Part shown: positions 19,796-30,320 of the stretch, piece by piece | Layout: each line of letters begins with the position of its first letter | How positions within the stretch are numbered: the stretch's first letter is position 1 | Origin: Patescibacteria group bacterium | GTDB lineage: Bacteria > Patescibacteriota > Patescibacteriia > UM-FILTER-42-10 | Assembly (NCBI GenBank): GCA_041666485.1 | Contig: JBAYGW010000002.1 | Location: forward strand, 7,711 to 71,710 | Direction of reading: 5' to 3' | DNA: 64,000 nt | Program-made: the position numbers and the translations under genes | The notes under the pieces: model-generated | Seen by the model: the letters and a program-made list of their open reading frames with translations, nothing else | Databases searched by the model: none | What the model was told of the DNA's origin: nothing

Positions 19796-21031
19796 TTATT
19801 TTAACCTGATAGAATTAAGCTCCCCGGTAGTTTTGTCGGTAAAATACAAGATTCTTTCGTCTGGTGACAGATATATCTGATCAATAACGTAACCACCACC
19901 ATCAACATTTGAAGGTGTCGCTAGCTTTGTCTTTGCTCCTGTCGTCAGATCAACCCGATATATATTATCATTTATTGAGTCGGCTAATTCAGGGTATAAG
20001 CCGCTTCCTTTTTCAAGTCCGATTGGAACGCCGCAATACAGAGCACCGCCGCCGATTGCACATTTGCTAGGCCAAGTTTTGAGCCCGGTGTTAATTGTAT
20101 TAGCACCCGTGTTGTCACCGCCGACATCCGCTATCTTTAGTTCCGGATTATAATCCGTAGTAGCGGAGTAAGTGCTGTAAATCATCTGGGTCCCGGTATT
20201 ATTCCATATCCCTTCAAACCCCCTGCCTTGAACCTCCAACGATTTGAAATTTTCACCATTTTGTCCGACAAAGAACACATCCTGCGCATCACCTGCTGAA
20301 GTCTTTCTGAATGTTGCAACCATCTGACTGGTCGGAGACCAATTGACCTCAACATCACTACTTTTATCCCCCAGTAATTCAATCTGCCTCATTGCTGTCC
20401 CATCCACATTGGAAACTCCCAGGAAGTTGTTGTTGGTGTTTTCATCAATGTATTCAAATCCCAACTGTTCGCCGGTTGCGGAAAATTTGATTTCATTCAG
20501 TTCTTTCGGCAGAGTTATCTGACTTTTGGAATCAAAATCATAAACAATATTCGTACCGTCCGGGAAAGTAATGATCGCTTTATTTCCGGTTGGAGACCAT
20601 TCTACACTTTCCGCATCCGGAAAAAGATCTTCTGTTAAAAGGCTCTTAATCTTTCCATCGGAAGAAATCTGATAAAATTTTCCGGTTTCTTTGTCATAAA
20701 ACCGCAGATTTGTGCCGATCACTTTTGCCGCCTTAATATCACCGTCAGCTACATTATTGGTCAGTGTATTTCCGCCATTGGCGATCGGTGACACCACTGG
20801 CAGGCCGGCGTTCGTATTGGCATTTACATTCTCAACCGGGCGGTTAACATTTTGGTTGGCAATCGGCAGTTCACCGGAATTAACGATCACTCCGTTGATA
20901 TTTACCTGACCGGGACCGGGACCTACATCACCGCGGAAAAATATTACATAAATCAAATATCCCATAAATATCACAATTGCAATAAAACCGATGATAATCC
21001 CTGCAATTTTAAGAAAATTTTTATATTTCAT
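19796..21031 (-). CDS. Membrane-anchored beta-propeller (TolB-like) hypothetical protein
   Basis: N-terminal TM helix, Asn-rich linker, WSP-type blade repeats, LYCGVP..G.YP motif. Confidence 0.55.
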   Translation of the reverse strand: MKYKNFLKIAGIIIGFIAIVIFMGYLIYVIFFRGDVGPGPGQVNINGVIVNSGELPIANQNVNRPVENVNANTNAGLPVVSPIANGGNTLTNNVADGDIKAAKVIGTNLRFYDKETGKFYQISSDGKIKSLLTEDLFPDAESVEWSPTGNKAIITFPDGTNIVYDFDSKSQITLPKELNEIKFSATGEQLGFEYIDENTNNNFLGVSNVDGTAMRQIELLGDKSSDVEVNWSPTSQMVATFRKTSAGDAQDVFFVGQNGENFKSLEVQGRGFEGIWNNTGTQMIYSTYSATTDYNPELKIADVGGDNTGANTINTGLKTWPSKCAIGGGALYCGVPIGLEKGSGLYPELADSINDNIYRVDLTTGAKTKLATPSNVDGGGYVIDQIYLSPDERILYFTDKTTGELNSIRLK

Positions 21032-21060
21032 AATTTTTGGTGATTGCTACTTGATTATAA

Positions 21061-22008
21061 TTAATTGGCACATTCCATATTACTTAAATATCCGCATCCG
21101 GCTTTAATTTGAGCTGCCGTTAATTGTGTTCCATCCTTATGTGTATAAGGATAGCCATCATCCAAAACATAACTGCAAATTGCTTCGTCAATTGTGAAAT
21201 TACCATACGGTCCGTTTAATACGCATCTTTCCCCCTGTTGATCACCACCCTCTATGGGTACTTTCGGACATGAAGTACCCACATTCCATACTTTATCCAT
21301 AAAATTCCAAAATACTTTACCACAGTCCTTGAAGGCTAGATTTACGGAAGTAGTCGTTTCAAAATCCTGTTGAGTTGTGATTGCTCCATGATTCATAATC
21401 TTGACCGTCTTCACCTCTTCCGCGGTAAACATGGCTGGGGTTGTGTTAGTGCCGATCACTTTACAGACTTTATCCGCATCATTATTCCAAACACCGATGC
21501 ATTTGTCCTGATTTTCGGCGTTAATAACAATGGATGAACCGCATCTGACCGGTTCTTTTTCCCCTTTTATATTTGTGGTTAGTTCTGTATCAAAATCGCA
21601 TTTTCTGGATGCTTCTCCGCCGAGCGTCATAGTGTCAACAACCGGTATCACAAGCGGCTGCAATGAAACAATATTCGGATTGATGGCGTTTAATATCATA
21701 TACGAAGTGAGTGCCAAAATCAGTCCGAAAACAGCGCTCATTATTTGTTCTTTAGCACCGCTGATTATGGAAGTATTGCCGGCCGCTGTAATCCATTTGT
21801 ATCCGGCAATCACCATCATGGCCGCGGCCAAAATTCCGGCGGAAGTAACAAAAAACTCATAAAATATTCTGATATACTCCCCCAAATCATCCACTGATTT
21901 TGTATCACCAATCGGAATGTTCAGCGGTATCGGCGCGGCAGAGACAATCAGCGGTAGCAATATTATCCCCAGTGAAATGACAAATATTTTGAGAGATGAT
22001 TTATTCAT
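21061..22008 (-). CDS. CPR pilin-like (VirB2/TrbC-like) protein with Cys-rich C-terminal extension
   Basis: YI..FY.F.V..AGILAAAMMVIAGYKWITAAGN...AKEQIMSAVFGLILALTSYMILNAINP pattern. Confidence 0.7.
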   Translation of the reverse strand: MNKSSLKIFVISLGIILLPLIVSAAPIPLNIPIGDTKSVDDLGEYIRIFYEFFVTSAGILAAAMMVIAGYKWITAAGNTSIISGAKEQIMSAVFGLILALTSYMILNAINPNIVSLQPLVIPVVDTMTLGGEASRKCDFDTELTTNIKGEKEPVRCGSSIVINAENQDKCIGVWNNDADKVCKVIGTNTTPAMFTAEEVKTVKIMNHGAITTQQDFETTTSVNLAFKDCGKVFWNFMDKVWNVGTSCPKVPIEGGDQQGERCVLNGPYGNFTIDEAICSYVLDDGYPYTHKDGTQLTAAQIKAGCGYLSNMECAN

Positions 22009-22032
22009 AGTACTATTGTCAATAATTTTGAG

Positions 22033-23202
22033 TTATTTTGAATCAGGTAAATTATATAGAGCTAATAAAGCTTGGATTGATTTATTTAATTTCTTCTCTT
22101 CTTCTTTTCGTCTTTTGCTAAGATCGGCGATTTCTTTATTTCTGTTAATAATCGCCAATACTACACGCATTGTCCAAGCCGGCAACATGTCAATATAAGG
22201 GATAAGCTCCACACTATTGATTGCCCATCCGATTACCTTAGCCCTACCGTCACCAGGTTTTTCAATTTTTAAAACGAATGCTGCAATTAATAGCGGGAGA
22301 TCCAACATCCAGTCCAGCCAGGACCAAACCCCTATACTCAACGCCTCAGCTATGATATCAAATAAATCTTTTGATATAGCAACCGCCAGTACAGTGAATA
22401 ACATAATTAGCGTTCGCTTTGCCGCCGAATTTTCTTTATCTAATTTTTCAACTTTTTTCCTCTGGGCAGTTACTCTTGCCTGCTCTATAGCTATTAGATC
22501 CGTTGGTCCTGATTCATTATCATCTTCATTTTTTGATTCATTCCTCTGTTCATTCAATTGCTGTTCAGTGTCATTCTCTTCATCTTCTGAAATATTCAGC
22601 GGTTGTTCATTACCAGTATCTTCATTTTCATCTGAGTCTTCTTGATCAGACAGCGAATCATCCAAATCTCTTAGCCCGCTCAAACCACTGCTGTATTCGG
22701 GGATTATTTGACCTGTCCTAACCGTACTGTTATCCCCCCTATTCTTTGATCTTCTCATCAACCGGTTTGCTTTTGGCTGTTGTCCTTCACTAAGATCTTC
22801 GGGTAGAACATTTGCTGATGATTCTTGTATGGGAGAACCGAGATTAACCATCCCGCGTGATGCCTGTCTTTTCTTTTTATACTCTCTTTTTCTGTTGCTC
22901 AGTTCTCTCTGCTTGTCTTTTTCGGTTACCGCTTCTCTTGAATAATCTCCTCCAACTTGAGGCAGAGCGGACTCCGTGCTGTTCGGCTGGTCAGTGTCCC
23001 TGATCACTACTTTAATTTTCGTTCCGCCGTCATCCGAAGGCAGTATACTGGCTGAAAATCCTTCTGAAGCTGCCGTAGATGTCCCTGGTTCATTTACTGG
23101 ATTTTGCGGAGAATTCGCCTCAGTACCGGCGGACTCTTCAGTATCAACAGCATTTACTTTAATATTATTTTCAGTGTCCTTAACTGTTTCGGATCTTTCC
23201 AT
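22033..23202 (-). CDS. Hypothetical protein of the T4SS-like locus (acidic disordered N-terminus, C-terminal TM region)
   Basis: Low-complexity D/E-rich N-terminus, then a hydrophobic region with ELIPYIDMLPAWT. Confidence 0.55.
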   Translation of the reverse strand: MERSETVKDTENNIKVNAVDTEESAGTEANSPQNPVNEPGTSTAASEGFSASILPSDDGGTKIKVVIRDTDQPNSTESALPQVGGDYSREAVTEKDKQRELSNRKREYKKKRQASRGMVNLGSPIQESSANVLPEDLSEGQQPKANRLMRRSKNRGDNSTVRTGQIIPEYSSGLSGLRDLDDSLSDQEDSDENEDTGNEQPLNISEDEENDTEQQLNEQRNESKNEDDNESGPTDLIAIEQARVTAQRKKVEKLDKENSAAKRTLIMLFTVLAVAISKDLFDIIAEALSIGVWSWLDWMLDLPLLIAAFVLKIEKPGDGRAKVIGWAINSVELIPYIDMLPAWTMRVVLAIINRNKEIADLSKRRKEEEKKLNKSIQALLALYNLPDSK

Positions 23203-23228
23203 TTTTTTATGCAACTAGATTAGCTTAT

Positions 23229-23855
23229 TTACAGCCAGTTTGCTTCGTTAACTTTCCATTCATCATTTTCCAAAATAAATTTCAACTTGATGTTCTGATA
23301 AATTATTTCTGATTCCTCATTCAACTTTGTCTGATTCCTCTGCGTTGAAACGGTAAATTCCGCCTTGCCACCTTTTTCATCTATCAAATCTGTTGTTAGA
23401 CTAAGTGCCCTGGTAGTTACGCCGTAGTAAGGATCGTCAACGCTGGTTTTTGCCTGTTGATCTGCTACATAATTTTCCGCCCATTTTTTTAGACTTGCTG
23501 ACATGTATATTTCCAGCTTGGTAATATTCTCAAAATTACTGTCGGAAGAATAACTGCCGAACCTTTCAGCAAAGTTCCGTGCAATCGGCTTGAGTAGCGT
23601 TTCCACACTGGCATTAACGTCTGAAGTGGGACTGTTAGTATTGACTGATGCGCTGTTTATGTTGGCATTATCGCTGTTCGTATTTACAGACTGGTTTGTA
23701 TTAGAATTAGTCGTTGTATTTATATTTGTTACTGAGTTGGTATTTGTTTCACCTTTGCGTTCTTGGGTAAAATAGACAACGGCAAATATGACAACAGTGG
23801 CTACCAGAATAATTGCCATTGCTACAATCAGCGCTATTTTTAGCTTTTTGTTCAT
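23229..23855 (-). CDS. Bitopic T4SS-locus protein (VirB8/TcpC-like fold suspected)
   Basis: TM helix, N/T-rich linker, ARNFAERFGSYS...WKVN C-terminus; adjacent to virB4. Confidence 0.55.
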   Translation of the reverse strand: MNKKLKIALIVAMAIILVATVVIFAVVYFTQERKGETNTNSVTNINTTTNSNTNQSVNTNSDNANINSASVNTNSPTSDVNASVETLLKPIARNFAERFGSYSSDSNFENITKLEIYMSASLKKWAENYVADQQAKTSVDDPYYGVTTRALSLTTDLIDEKGGKAEFTVSTQRNQTKLNEESEIIYQNIKLKFILENDEWKVNEANWL

Positions 23856-23874
23856 TCGGATATTGATTTAAAAA

Positions 23875-25770
23875 TTATGATTCTGTTTGATTTGCCATTT
23901 CCGCTTCAAACTCTTTTTTGGCATCTTCAATTTCCAAAAGCTGCCGCGGATCGGATGTAATCAGCTGGTCTTCGGTATATGAAGCGACGATTTTTATTGC
24001 GGCGTGTTTTGCCCCCGCAAAAAATATGCCCTCACCTAAACCCGACTCAATTAATAAATATTTTTCTCCTTCCGTCAGCATAAAGGTGTTTACCAGGAGA
24101 TCAATGCCGGCCGGCGATTGTTTCAAAAGAAGCTGTAGAGATGAGTTGGTAACAATCGCCTGTCCGTATGGCGAGCGCAGAAAGTCATTGACATCCTGTG
24201 TGATTGTGGTGACACCAAGATAATACTTACGGCAGCGTTTCACCAGCGCATAAATAAACTTCGCCGAATCCTCATTCTGCATCAGCCACCATGCTTCATC
24301 AATTACTAGCACTCTTTTTTTCACTTCGGAACGGACAATGTTCCAGATGTAGTTGATAATAGTGTAAATTCCGATCGGACGCAGTTCGTCCTCTAAATCA
24401 CGGACACTGAACACTACCAGTTGATTTTGCGTATCAATATTGGTCGGGCTGTTAAACAGTCCGGCAAAAGTACCTTTGGTATATTTTTTCAGTCTTTCCG
24501 ATAAATCCGCGCCGCCTTCCATCCCCAATAATATATCTTCAAAATCCTGCATGATAGGCGCCTCAATTTTTGTCAGATCCGATTCAGCGGATATGTCTTT
24601 TTTCGCGTAGGTTTCAATCAATGCACGGTCAACTAGTGAATCTTCAGCATGTGTCAGATCACCAAGCATCAAACGAACTAAACCTTTGAGCGTGATTACT
24701 GCGGAACGGATAATATCCGCCGGTTTATCCCTGCCAGATACAGGACGCGGCAGATCAAACGGGTTGATCTTACTTTCGGAGTTTAAAGAGATATCAATGT
24801 AAGCACCGCCCACCGCATCGCTTAAATGTTTATACTCCATTTCTGGATCAATAATAATAACTTCCGTACCAAGCATTAAGCTCCTGAGCACTTCTAATTT
24901 AACCGCGTAGCTTTTCCCGGCGCCGGAAGTGGCAAATACGACCGTATTGGCGTTTTGCAGGCTGAAACGATCAAACAGGATTAAACTGTTGTTATGCCGG
25001 TTAACTCCGTACAAGATGCCGTTATCAGATGTAAGTTCAGACGAAATGAAAGGAAAAGACGAGGCGCAGGGAGACGTGTTCATATTAAACGTGATATACA
25101 ATTCATCATTGCCGATCGGCAAAGTTGAATTAAATCCCTGCTCCGACTGAAATAAAACGCGTTTGGAATAGACAAGTTTAGAACCGAATATGGATTCAAT
25201 TCTTTCTGTGATTCGGTCTAATTCTTTTGTATCATCCGCGTAGGCAGAGATATATAAAGCATATTGAAAGAATTTTTCCGTGCCCTGAGTAATTTCATCC
25301 CGGAGCATTTCAATGTCTTTTAACGCGGTCTCTCTCAAAGGATCGCGCGGAGCGCCTTTTTCCGCATCAGAAAGAATCTGCGCTTCCAGCGCACCGACCT
25401 TGTTCTTTAACTGTTTCAAAATTGCCTCGGGTTTTACCGGATAAAAATACATGGCAATGTCCATCGGGATATTCAGATTGATCACCGGGGCAAACCAGCC
25501 GACACTGATGTACCTGGGATAAGTAACCACAAAAACAGTACTGACAAATTTGGTGCCGAGCTGGACATAGCGCGCGTCAACTTTGAAAGCTGAAGGGGCT
25601 ATTAAATCACGGACTGAAACCACACCGCGCTGAAAAGATCTTTCCGCTTCAAGAATTTCTTTCTCTTCCTGAGCAAGCGTCCTTTCGCGTTCAGCCTGTT
25701 TCAGGGAAGATGCTTCCTTCTTTGCTTCCTCTTCATCTTTGATATCCGCCTTTTTGAATAGTTGAACCAT
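23875..25770 (-). CDS. virB4: VirB4/TraE-like secretion ATPase
   Basis: Walker A ATSGAGKS, IIIDPEMEY, INPFDL, Walker B LVIDEAW, KRCRKY and ITQDV. Confidence 0.9.
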   Translation of the reverse strand: MVQLFKKADIKDEEEAKKEASSLKQAERERTLAQEEKEILEAERSFQRGVVSVRDLIAPSAFKVDARYVQLGTKFVSTVFVVTYPRYISVGWFAPVINLNIPMDIAMYFYPVKPEAILKQLKNKVGALEAQILSDAEKGAPRDPLRETALKDIEMLRDEITQGTEKFFQYALYISAYADDTKELDRITERIESIFGSKLVYSKRVLFQSEQGFNSTLPIGNDELYITFNMNTSPCASSFPFISSELTSDNGILYGVNRHNNSLILFDRFSLQNANTVVFATSGAGKSYAVKLEVLRSLMLGTEVIIIDPEMEYKHLSDAVGGAYIDISLNSESKINPFDLPRPVSGRDKPADIIRSAVITLKGLVRLMLGDLTHAEDSLVDRALIETYAKKDISAESDLTKIEAPIMQDFEDILLGMEGGADLSERLKKYTKGTFAGLFNSPTNIDTQNQLVVFSVRDLEDELRPIGIYTIINYIWNIVRSEVKKRVLVIDEAWWLMQNEDSAKFIYALVKRCRKYYLGVTTITQDVNDFLRSPYGQAIVTNSSLQLLLKQSPAGIDLLVNTFMLTEGEKYLLIESGLGEGIFFAGAKHAAIKIVASYTEDQLITSDPRQLLEIEDAKKEFEAEMANQTES

Positions 25771-25782
25771 AGTATCCTTTTT

Positions 25783-26496
25783 TTATTTTTTATCGTCTTC
25801 TTCCATTGAGCTAGAATCTTCTTCTACCTGAAGTTTATCCAAATCTACTAACTGCTCCTGGCTGAAAACTTCCGGATTATATGTATTGTAGAAAAGCTCA
25901 ATAATACTTTGAGTGTCCAGCTGTACTGATTTCAGCCCGATTGATGACAATCCGTCAGTCACATAATCTACCCTTTTGAATAATTCAGTCCGGTATTTAT
26001 CAAACTTTTTACGTTTCAAATGGATAACCGACGTCGGTGACAGTACTTCCTTCAATCTGGAAAAATATTTTTTTTGTTTATCAGAAATTGGTGAATAAGG
26101 CACAATGACATAAAATCTTTTGCTCATAATATCAGCAATCTCCACCAGTTCTTTAATGTATTGCTGATACTCAGCAGTCTGCATCCTAAGCAGTTCATTG
26201 GACTGTTCTTTCTCCACTTTCTTCAGGCGGTCCAGATATTCTTCAATATTCAATTTCCTGGATTGGATGACAATCTGGATGGAAAAATCAAATGAATTAA
26301 GGAACTGAGTATAACCCTGGATAACAGCCACCTGCTCATCTTCCGATTTCAACGCGAAATTTATTGAAGAAACTAAGATTATCGCCCTCAAGGTTCCGTC
26401 CTTCATCGCAACCACGTTATCTTTAATCTCCAAAATATCAAGATGACTCTGCGTGGAAGCTTTTGGTTTTTGTCCTGCTAACTGGTTAGAATGCAT
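25783..26496 (-). CDS. T4SS-locus protein (TraE/VirB4 N-terminal-like)
   Basis: STQ.HL.I.EIKDNVV.MKDG.LRA...VSSINFALKSEDEQ; lies between prgI and virB4. Confidence 0.7.
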   Translation of the reverse strand: MHSNQLAGQKPKASTQSHLDILEIKDNVVAMKDGTLRAIILVSSINFALKSEDEQVAVIQGYTQFLNSFDFSIQIVIQSRKLNIEEYLDRLKKVEKEQSNELLRMQTAEYQQYIKELVEIADIMSKRFYVIVPYSPISDKQKKYFSRLKEVLSPTSVIHLKRKKFDKYRTELFKRVDYVTDGLSSIGLKSVQLDTQSIIELFYNTYNPEVFSQEQLVDLDKLQVEEDSSSMEEDDKK

Positions 26497-26513
26497 ATTT
26501 GTTTTATTTAGAC

Positions 26514-26951
26514 TTAAAAAACGCTGTCTTCGTCTTCTTCTTTGAACGCCCCGCCGGTGTCAACTACTAAAGACAAGCGGGTTAATTTTGAGTTTGTCAC
26601 TACCATTTTGGGCGGAACAACTACCGTGGTCTTGATCGGACCTTTGTGCGCGGATGAATTCCTTTCCTGAACTGCTGTTTTATTCCAAATTTTAATTTTT
26701 GGTTTTCTGATTGTATATACGATATTCAAAATAAAATAGTGAAATGACTGGCCGTTAATTTTTGCAAAGGCAACGATGCCGGCAAACCCAAATGTGAATA
26801 GGGCAATAAATATGAACAGCACAAAACCAAAAATCTTATATTCAATGAAAATAATACCAAAAGCAACCAGGAAAATCACAAACTGCCGGACCGAAATAGG
26901 TCCGATGATTTTATCCTCCACTTCAATAAACTGCGGCACCACAAAACGCAT
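26514..26951 (-). CDS. prgI: PrgI family protein
   Basis: MRFVVPQFIEVEDKIIGPISVRQF followed by two TM helices and KINGQ. Confidence 0.88.
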   Translation of the reverse strand: MRFVVPQFIEVEDKIIGPISVRQFVIFLVAFGIIFIEYKIFGFVLFIFIALFTFGFAGIVAFAKINGQSFHYFILNIVYTIRKPKIKIWNKTAVQERNSSAHKGPIKTTVVVPPKMVVTNSKLTRLSLVVDTGGAFKEEDEDSVF

Positions 26952-26956
26952 ATAGG

Positions 26957-28351
26957 CTAAAATCTTAATTGCTTATTTAGATCCCCTACCGCTTCAAATT
27001 CTTCATCCGTCAGATATGAACGGCCGTCTATTTTCCTGCTGGTAATCACTTCCTGCACCGACTTCCCTTTGTTCATGCCTTCGTTACCTATATCAAGATA
27101 AATCTGGTAGATTTCCGATTTTTTCCACGCCTGAATCGCTTCCGATTTCTTGGTAAATGACTCCTCCTCCAACAAATCAACCTTCTCTTTTATCTTTTCT
27201 ATTGCCTGACGGGGGTTACCTCCTAGCCTCCTGAAATCAACCAGATTTAAACTCCTTATTTCTTCAATCGGTCCCATCAATCTTGGCGGTGTTTTAATAT
27301 CTACAATCTTCGGTCGGGAATCAAATTCCGGCATCGGCCGCTGTATCTTCGGCAAAATCGGAATTCTTCTTTCTACAACAGGGGTAACCGGGATAGCCGG
27401 CTGACTGGCTTTCGTCTTTATTTCATTTTCCAGTTCATTCTTATTTTGCTGATGCAAATTGAGCACTGCTTTTTTTATTTGCTCATTGGCTACCGCTTTT
27501 CTCATCCTCTCCTGCTGCTCTTTTTCTTTCTCCGCTTCCTGCATTTTCATCCTTTGCCGCATCTCTATCTTCTTAATCTCCCCCTCATCATGAAAACTCA
27601 TTGCTTTTTCCGCTGTTATCTTCACTATCTGTTCAACAACTTCGGGAGCAAGTTCCAAGCCACCGACTTTTTTTGAACGAACCAGCAATTCTCTCAGCTG
27701 AACGGATGTCCGAATATCACGTAGACGTGATGTGATAAGACTTTCAAATCTTTTTTGCATGAGCTCATCGGAAAAACTGACTCCAACCTGACCTGCAATT
27801 TCTTTAACAACCGCACCGTAATCAATCGCTCTGGTTACTGACGATATTTCTTTGTTATGTAATCTTTTTACCTCCTCCTCATCCTCAACATCAAAATAGA
27901 AACTGGCGTTTACACCTTTACCGGGAATCATCCTACTCGCCAGTCCTGGCTTCAATTGGGAAGCTGTAATCTGCTGGACGCCCTCTTGCTTTTCAGATGC
28001 GGGTGTAACCATTTCTTTGCTTACCGGTTCTTGCTTGGGAACTGTCTGGATAACGGGTGCGGTCGGGACGGGAGTATTTGGTGTTTTCTTTACTGACAAT
28101 TGTGCAACCGCCTTCTGGATGACGGAGGGATTTATCGCAGTCGGTTTCGGTACACGAGCAACATTTACCGGAGCAACAACCGTATTTTCTTCGCCTAATA
28201 ATTTAGCGCCATTAACATAACTGAACTGACCTTTTTGGTCCTTAATCAATATTTTAGCGCCTTTTAAAATTTCTTTTTCCTCGTTATCTTTTTTGCCACT
28301 TGCGACATTTACGGATATTGAGGGGTTACTTTTGTTTTTTTGATCCTCCAT
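26957..28351 (-). CDS. Conserved hypothetical protein upstream of prgI
   Basis: Long clean ORF with RLRDIR..L.R..KVGGL and RLMGPIEEI..L...DFRRLG blocks; its start overlaps the end of the ATP-grasp gene. Confidence 0.6.
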   Translation of the reverse strand: MEDQKNKSNPSISVNVASGKKDNEEKEILKGAKILIKDQKGQFSYVNGAKLLGEENTVVAPVNVARVPKPTAINPSVIQKAVAQLSVKKTPNTPVPTAPVIQTVPKQEPVSKEMVTPASEKQEGVQQITASQLKPGLASRMIPGKGVNASFYFDVEDEEEVKRLHNKEISSVTRAIDYGAVVKEIAGQVGVSFSDELMQKRFESLITSRLRDIRTSVQLRELLVRSKKVGGLELAPEVVEQIVKITAEKAMSFHDEGEIKKIEMRQRMKMQEAEKEKEQQERMRKAVANEQIKKAVLNLHQQNKNELENEIKTKASQPAIPVTPVVERRIPILPKIQRPMPEFDSRPKIVDIKTPPRLMGPIEEIRSLNLVDFRRLGGNPRQAIEKIKEKVDLLEEESFTKKSEAIQAWKKSEIYQIYLDIGNEGMNKGKSVQEVITSRKIDGRSYLTDEEFEAVGDLNKQLRF

Positions 28352-29300
28352 TATATTTCAGTGTTGTTATTGGTCTTGACTGCGTAATGTATATTTTATT
28401 TTTTTCCAGCGCCCACTCTATGTCCTGCGGATGCCGATAATGTTTTTCAATTTTCTCGCAGATTCCGGCTAATTGGATTATTTGTTTGCCCGTGAGTTTC
28501 TGCTTCTCCTGCATTATCTTTGGAACCTTCACTTTTTTTACTCCGCTGGTTCCGGCCTGAACAATCATTTCTTTTTGCTCGGAAATATTGATATCCAGGA
28601 TTGTTTTTTCCTTTTTATCAATAATGTACGTATCCGGCGTAATCTGCCCGGAAACGATCGCCTCCCCCTGGCCGTATCCCGCTTCAATCACCATTTGATC
28701 CCGGTCGTTTGTCACCGGATGAGCCGTAAAGGCAACTCCGGATATTTCAGAATTCACCATGCTCTGCACCACTACACCCACACTGACTTTGGTTTTGTGC
28801 AGTTTCTTTTCAAAACGGTAAAAAATAGCGCGCGGAGTGAATAGTGATGACCAGCATTTACGGACTGCTTCGGCTAGATTCTTCCTGGTAATGAACAAAT
28901 ATGTCTCTAACTCGCCCGCCCATGACGCGACAGAGGAATCTTCAGCTGTTGCAGAAGAACGGACAGCAACATATTTGGTTTTCAATTTATCAAAAGCCGC
29001 CAATATCTCTTTTTGTATATCCTCCGGAATTATGAAATCGTGGATTAAGTCCCGAATTGTGTTGGAAACACGGTCCACACTGTTTATATCATTCAACTTT
29101 ACTTTCTTTAACAGTGCGTCTATCTCCACATCCAGATCTGTTTCCTCTAAAAAACGCTCAAAAGTGCCGGAAAGTACTACAAACCCGGGTGGGACCGGCA
29201 TTTTTACCATTGTCATCTCCCCCAGTTGCGCGCCCTTTCCCCCAGCTTCTGCAACACTCTTTCTATTTAATTGCGAAAAAGTTTTGGTAAATTTTGCCAT
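28326..29300 (-). CDS. Stand-alone PEP synthase/PPDK N-terminal ATP-grasp (PEP/pyruvate-binding) domain protein
   Basis: GGKGAQLGEM, VPPGFVV, VAVRSSATAEDS..SWAGELETYL, VQSMV, GEAIVSGQITPD and PQDIEWA...QSRPITTL. It ends just after the domain boundary, with no His or pyruvate domain. Confidence 0.92.
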   Translation of the reverse strand: MAKFTKTFSQLNRKSVAEAGGKGAQLGEMTMVKMPVPPGFVVLSGTFERFLEETDLDVEIDALLKKVKLNDINSVDRVSNTIRDLIHDFIIPEDIQKEILAAFDKLKTKYVAVRSSATAEDSSVASWAGELETYLFITRKNLAEAVRKCWSSLFTPRAIFYRFEKKLHKTKVSVGVVVQSMVNSEISGVAFTAHPVTNDRDQMVIEAGYGQGEAIVSGQITPDTYIIDKKEKTILDINISEQKEMIVQAGTSGVKKVKVPKIMQEKQKLTGKQIIQLAGICEKIEKHYRHPQDIEWALEKNKIYITQSRPITTLKYNGGSKKQK

Positions 29301-29382
29301 GAAAAATCTTTTATATTATAGCATAACTGATAATAATTCACAACATTACATACAGGCACAATCGCGCTTGCTTTGGCCATTG

Positions 29383-29412
29383 ACCCCGTTAGAGCAAATG
29401 CTCTAACGGGGT
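29383..29412. repeat. Perfect 14-bp inverted repeat abutting a -35 box
   Basis: ACCCCGTTAGAGCA-AA-TGCTCTAACGGGGT. Confidence 0.85.
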
Positions 29413-29440
29413 TGACAAATTTGTAAAAAAGGTATATAAT
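29412..29440 (+). promoter_or_regulatory. Consensus sigma70 promoter of GC-rich cassette 1
   Basis: TTGACA (29412-29417), 17 nt, TATAAT (29435-29440). Confidence 0.8.
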
Positions 29441-29609
29441 CCCCGGTTAAAAGTACGCCGTTTTGCTTGATGATGTTTCCTTAAACAAATCGGCGTGCTT
29501 TTGCACATAGTTGCCCATTCAAAAACGATTGAGGAGTAATCCTCATAACAATACCTTCACCACGTGAACACGTGGCGAAACAGGAGTCCCCCCAGCCAAG
29601 GAGTTTGTG

Positions 29610-30272
29610 ATGGTACTAGTACAAGTTTCGCAGATCCTGGCCAGGATCCCCGATGGCACCACTCGCATCTCCCTGCTCGGCCGGCATTCGCTGTCCGTGC
29701 AGGACGGGCCGAACGAGACCCGCACGCTCAGCGCAGATGGTATTCAGCTCTGCAACGAGGTGAGTGGGTTCTACACCCAGCTCGTCCATGAGTTGGAGGT
29801 GCTCACTTCCTCCTCTGAGGCCGCGTTCTACTGCTCTGACATGGCACGCTCGTTCGCGACCATCCAGGAGATTTTCCATCCGGACAGCATCTACCAGGAC
29901 GACCGGCTCAACCTGCTGGCCAGCTTGAAGAAGATCGATGGCGGCGCCTGGTTCAAGGAACAGAAGGATGCCGGGTGTTCCGAGAGGGAGATCATCTCCA
30001 ACTTCATTGTCCTGACTGATCCCAGCGTCGGCGCCGACCAGCCGTTCGAGCTGAACGCGCGGAATTACCTGCACTGGGCCGCCGAACCGAGCGGACCCCG
30101 TCTGCGGGTCGCCTTCGCGCACGAGGTGGCCTGCACCATGGCCGCCTACCCTTACTTCTTCTTCGGGGAGCAGTGGCCCGGCCTCAAGGAGTGCGAGTCG
30201 TACATGTTCTGCATGAACGACTGGGGTCACATCCTGCGCATGATCAAGGTCACCCCTCCGGCTACCCAGTAG
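29610..30272 (+). CDS. GC-rich orphan hypothetical protein
   Basis: AAGGAG RBS before GTG/ATG, C/G-ending codons, own promoter and terminator. No recognised motif. Confidence 0.7.
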   Translation: MVLVQVSQILARIPDGTTRISLLGRHSLSVQDGPNETRTLSADGIQLCNEVSGFYTQLVHELEVLTSSSEAAFYCSDMARSFATIQEIFHPDSIYQDDRLNLLASLKKIDGGAWFKEQKDAGCSEREIISNFIVLTDPSVGADQPFELNARNYLHWAAEPSGPRLRVAFAHEVACTMAAYPYFFFGEQWPGLKECESYMFCMNDWGHILRMIKVTPPATQ

Positions 30273-30320
30273 CCAACCGTACCTTCTCAGTCGAGCACAA
30301 ACTCGACCCACCGTTCCCGA

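Noticed and set aside
19796-28351. Integrative conjugative element
   Set aside because: No relaxase, coupling protein or integrase is seen in the window, and the genes run into radA. This fits the chromosomal CPR T4SS-like locus.
28326-29300. Truncated or pseudogenised ppsA
   Set aside because: The ORF is intact, ends at the domain boundary, and no remnant of His or pyruvate domains follows. A stand-alone subunit is more plausible, though not proven.
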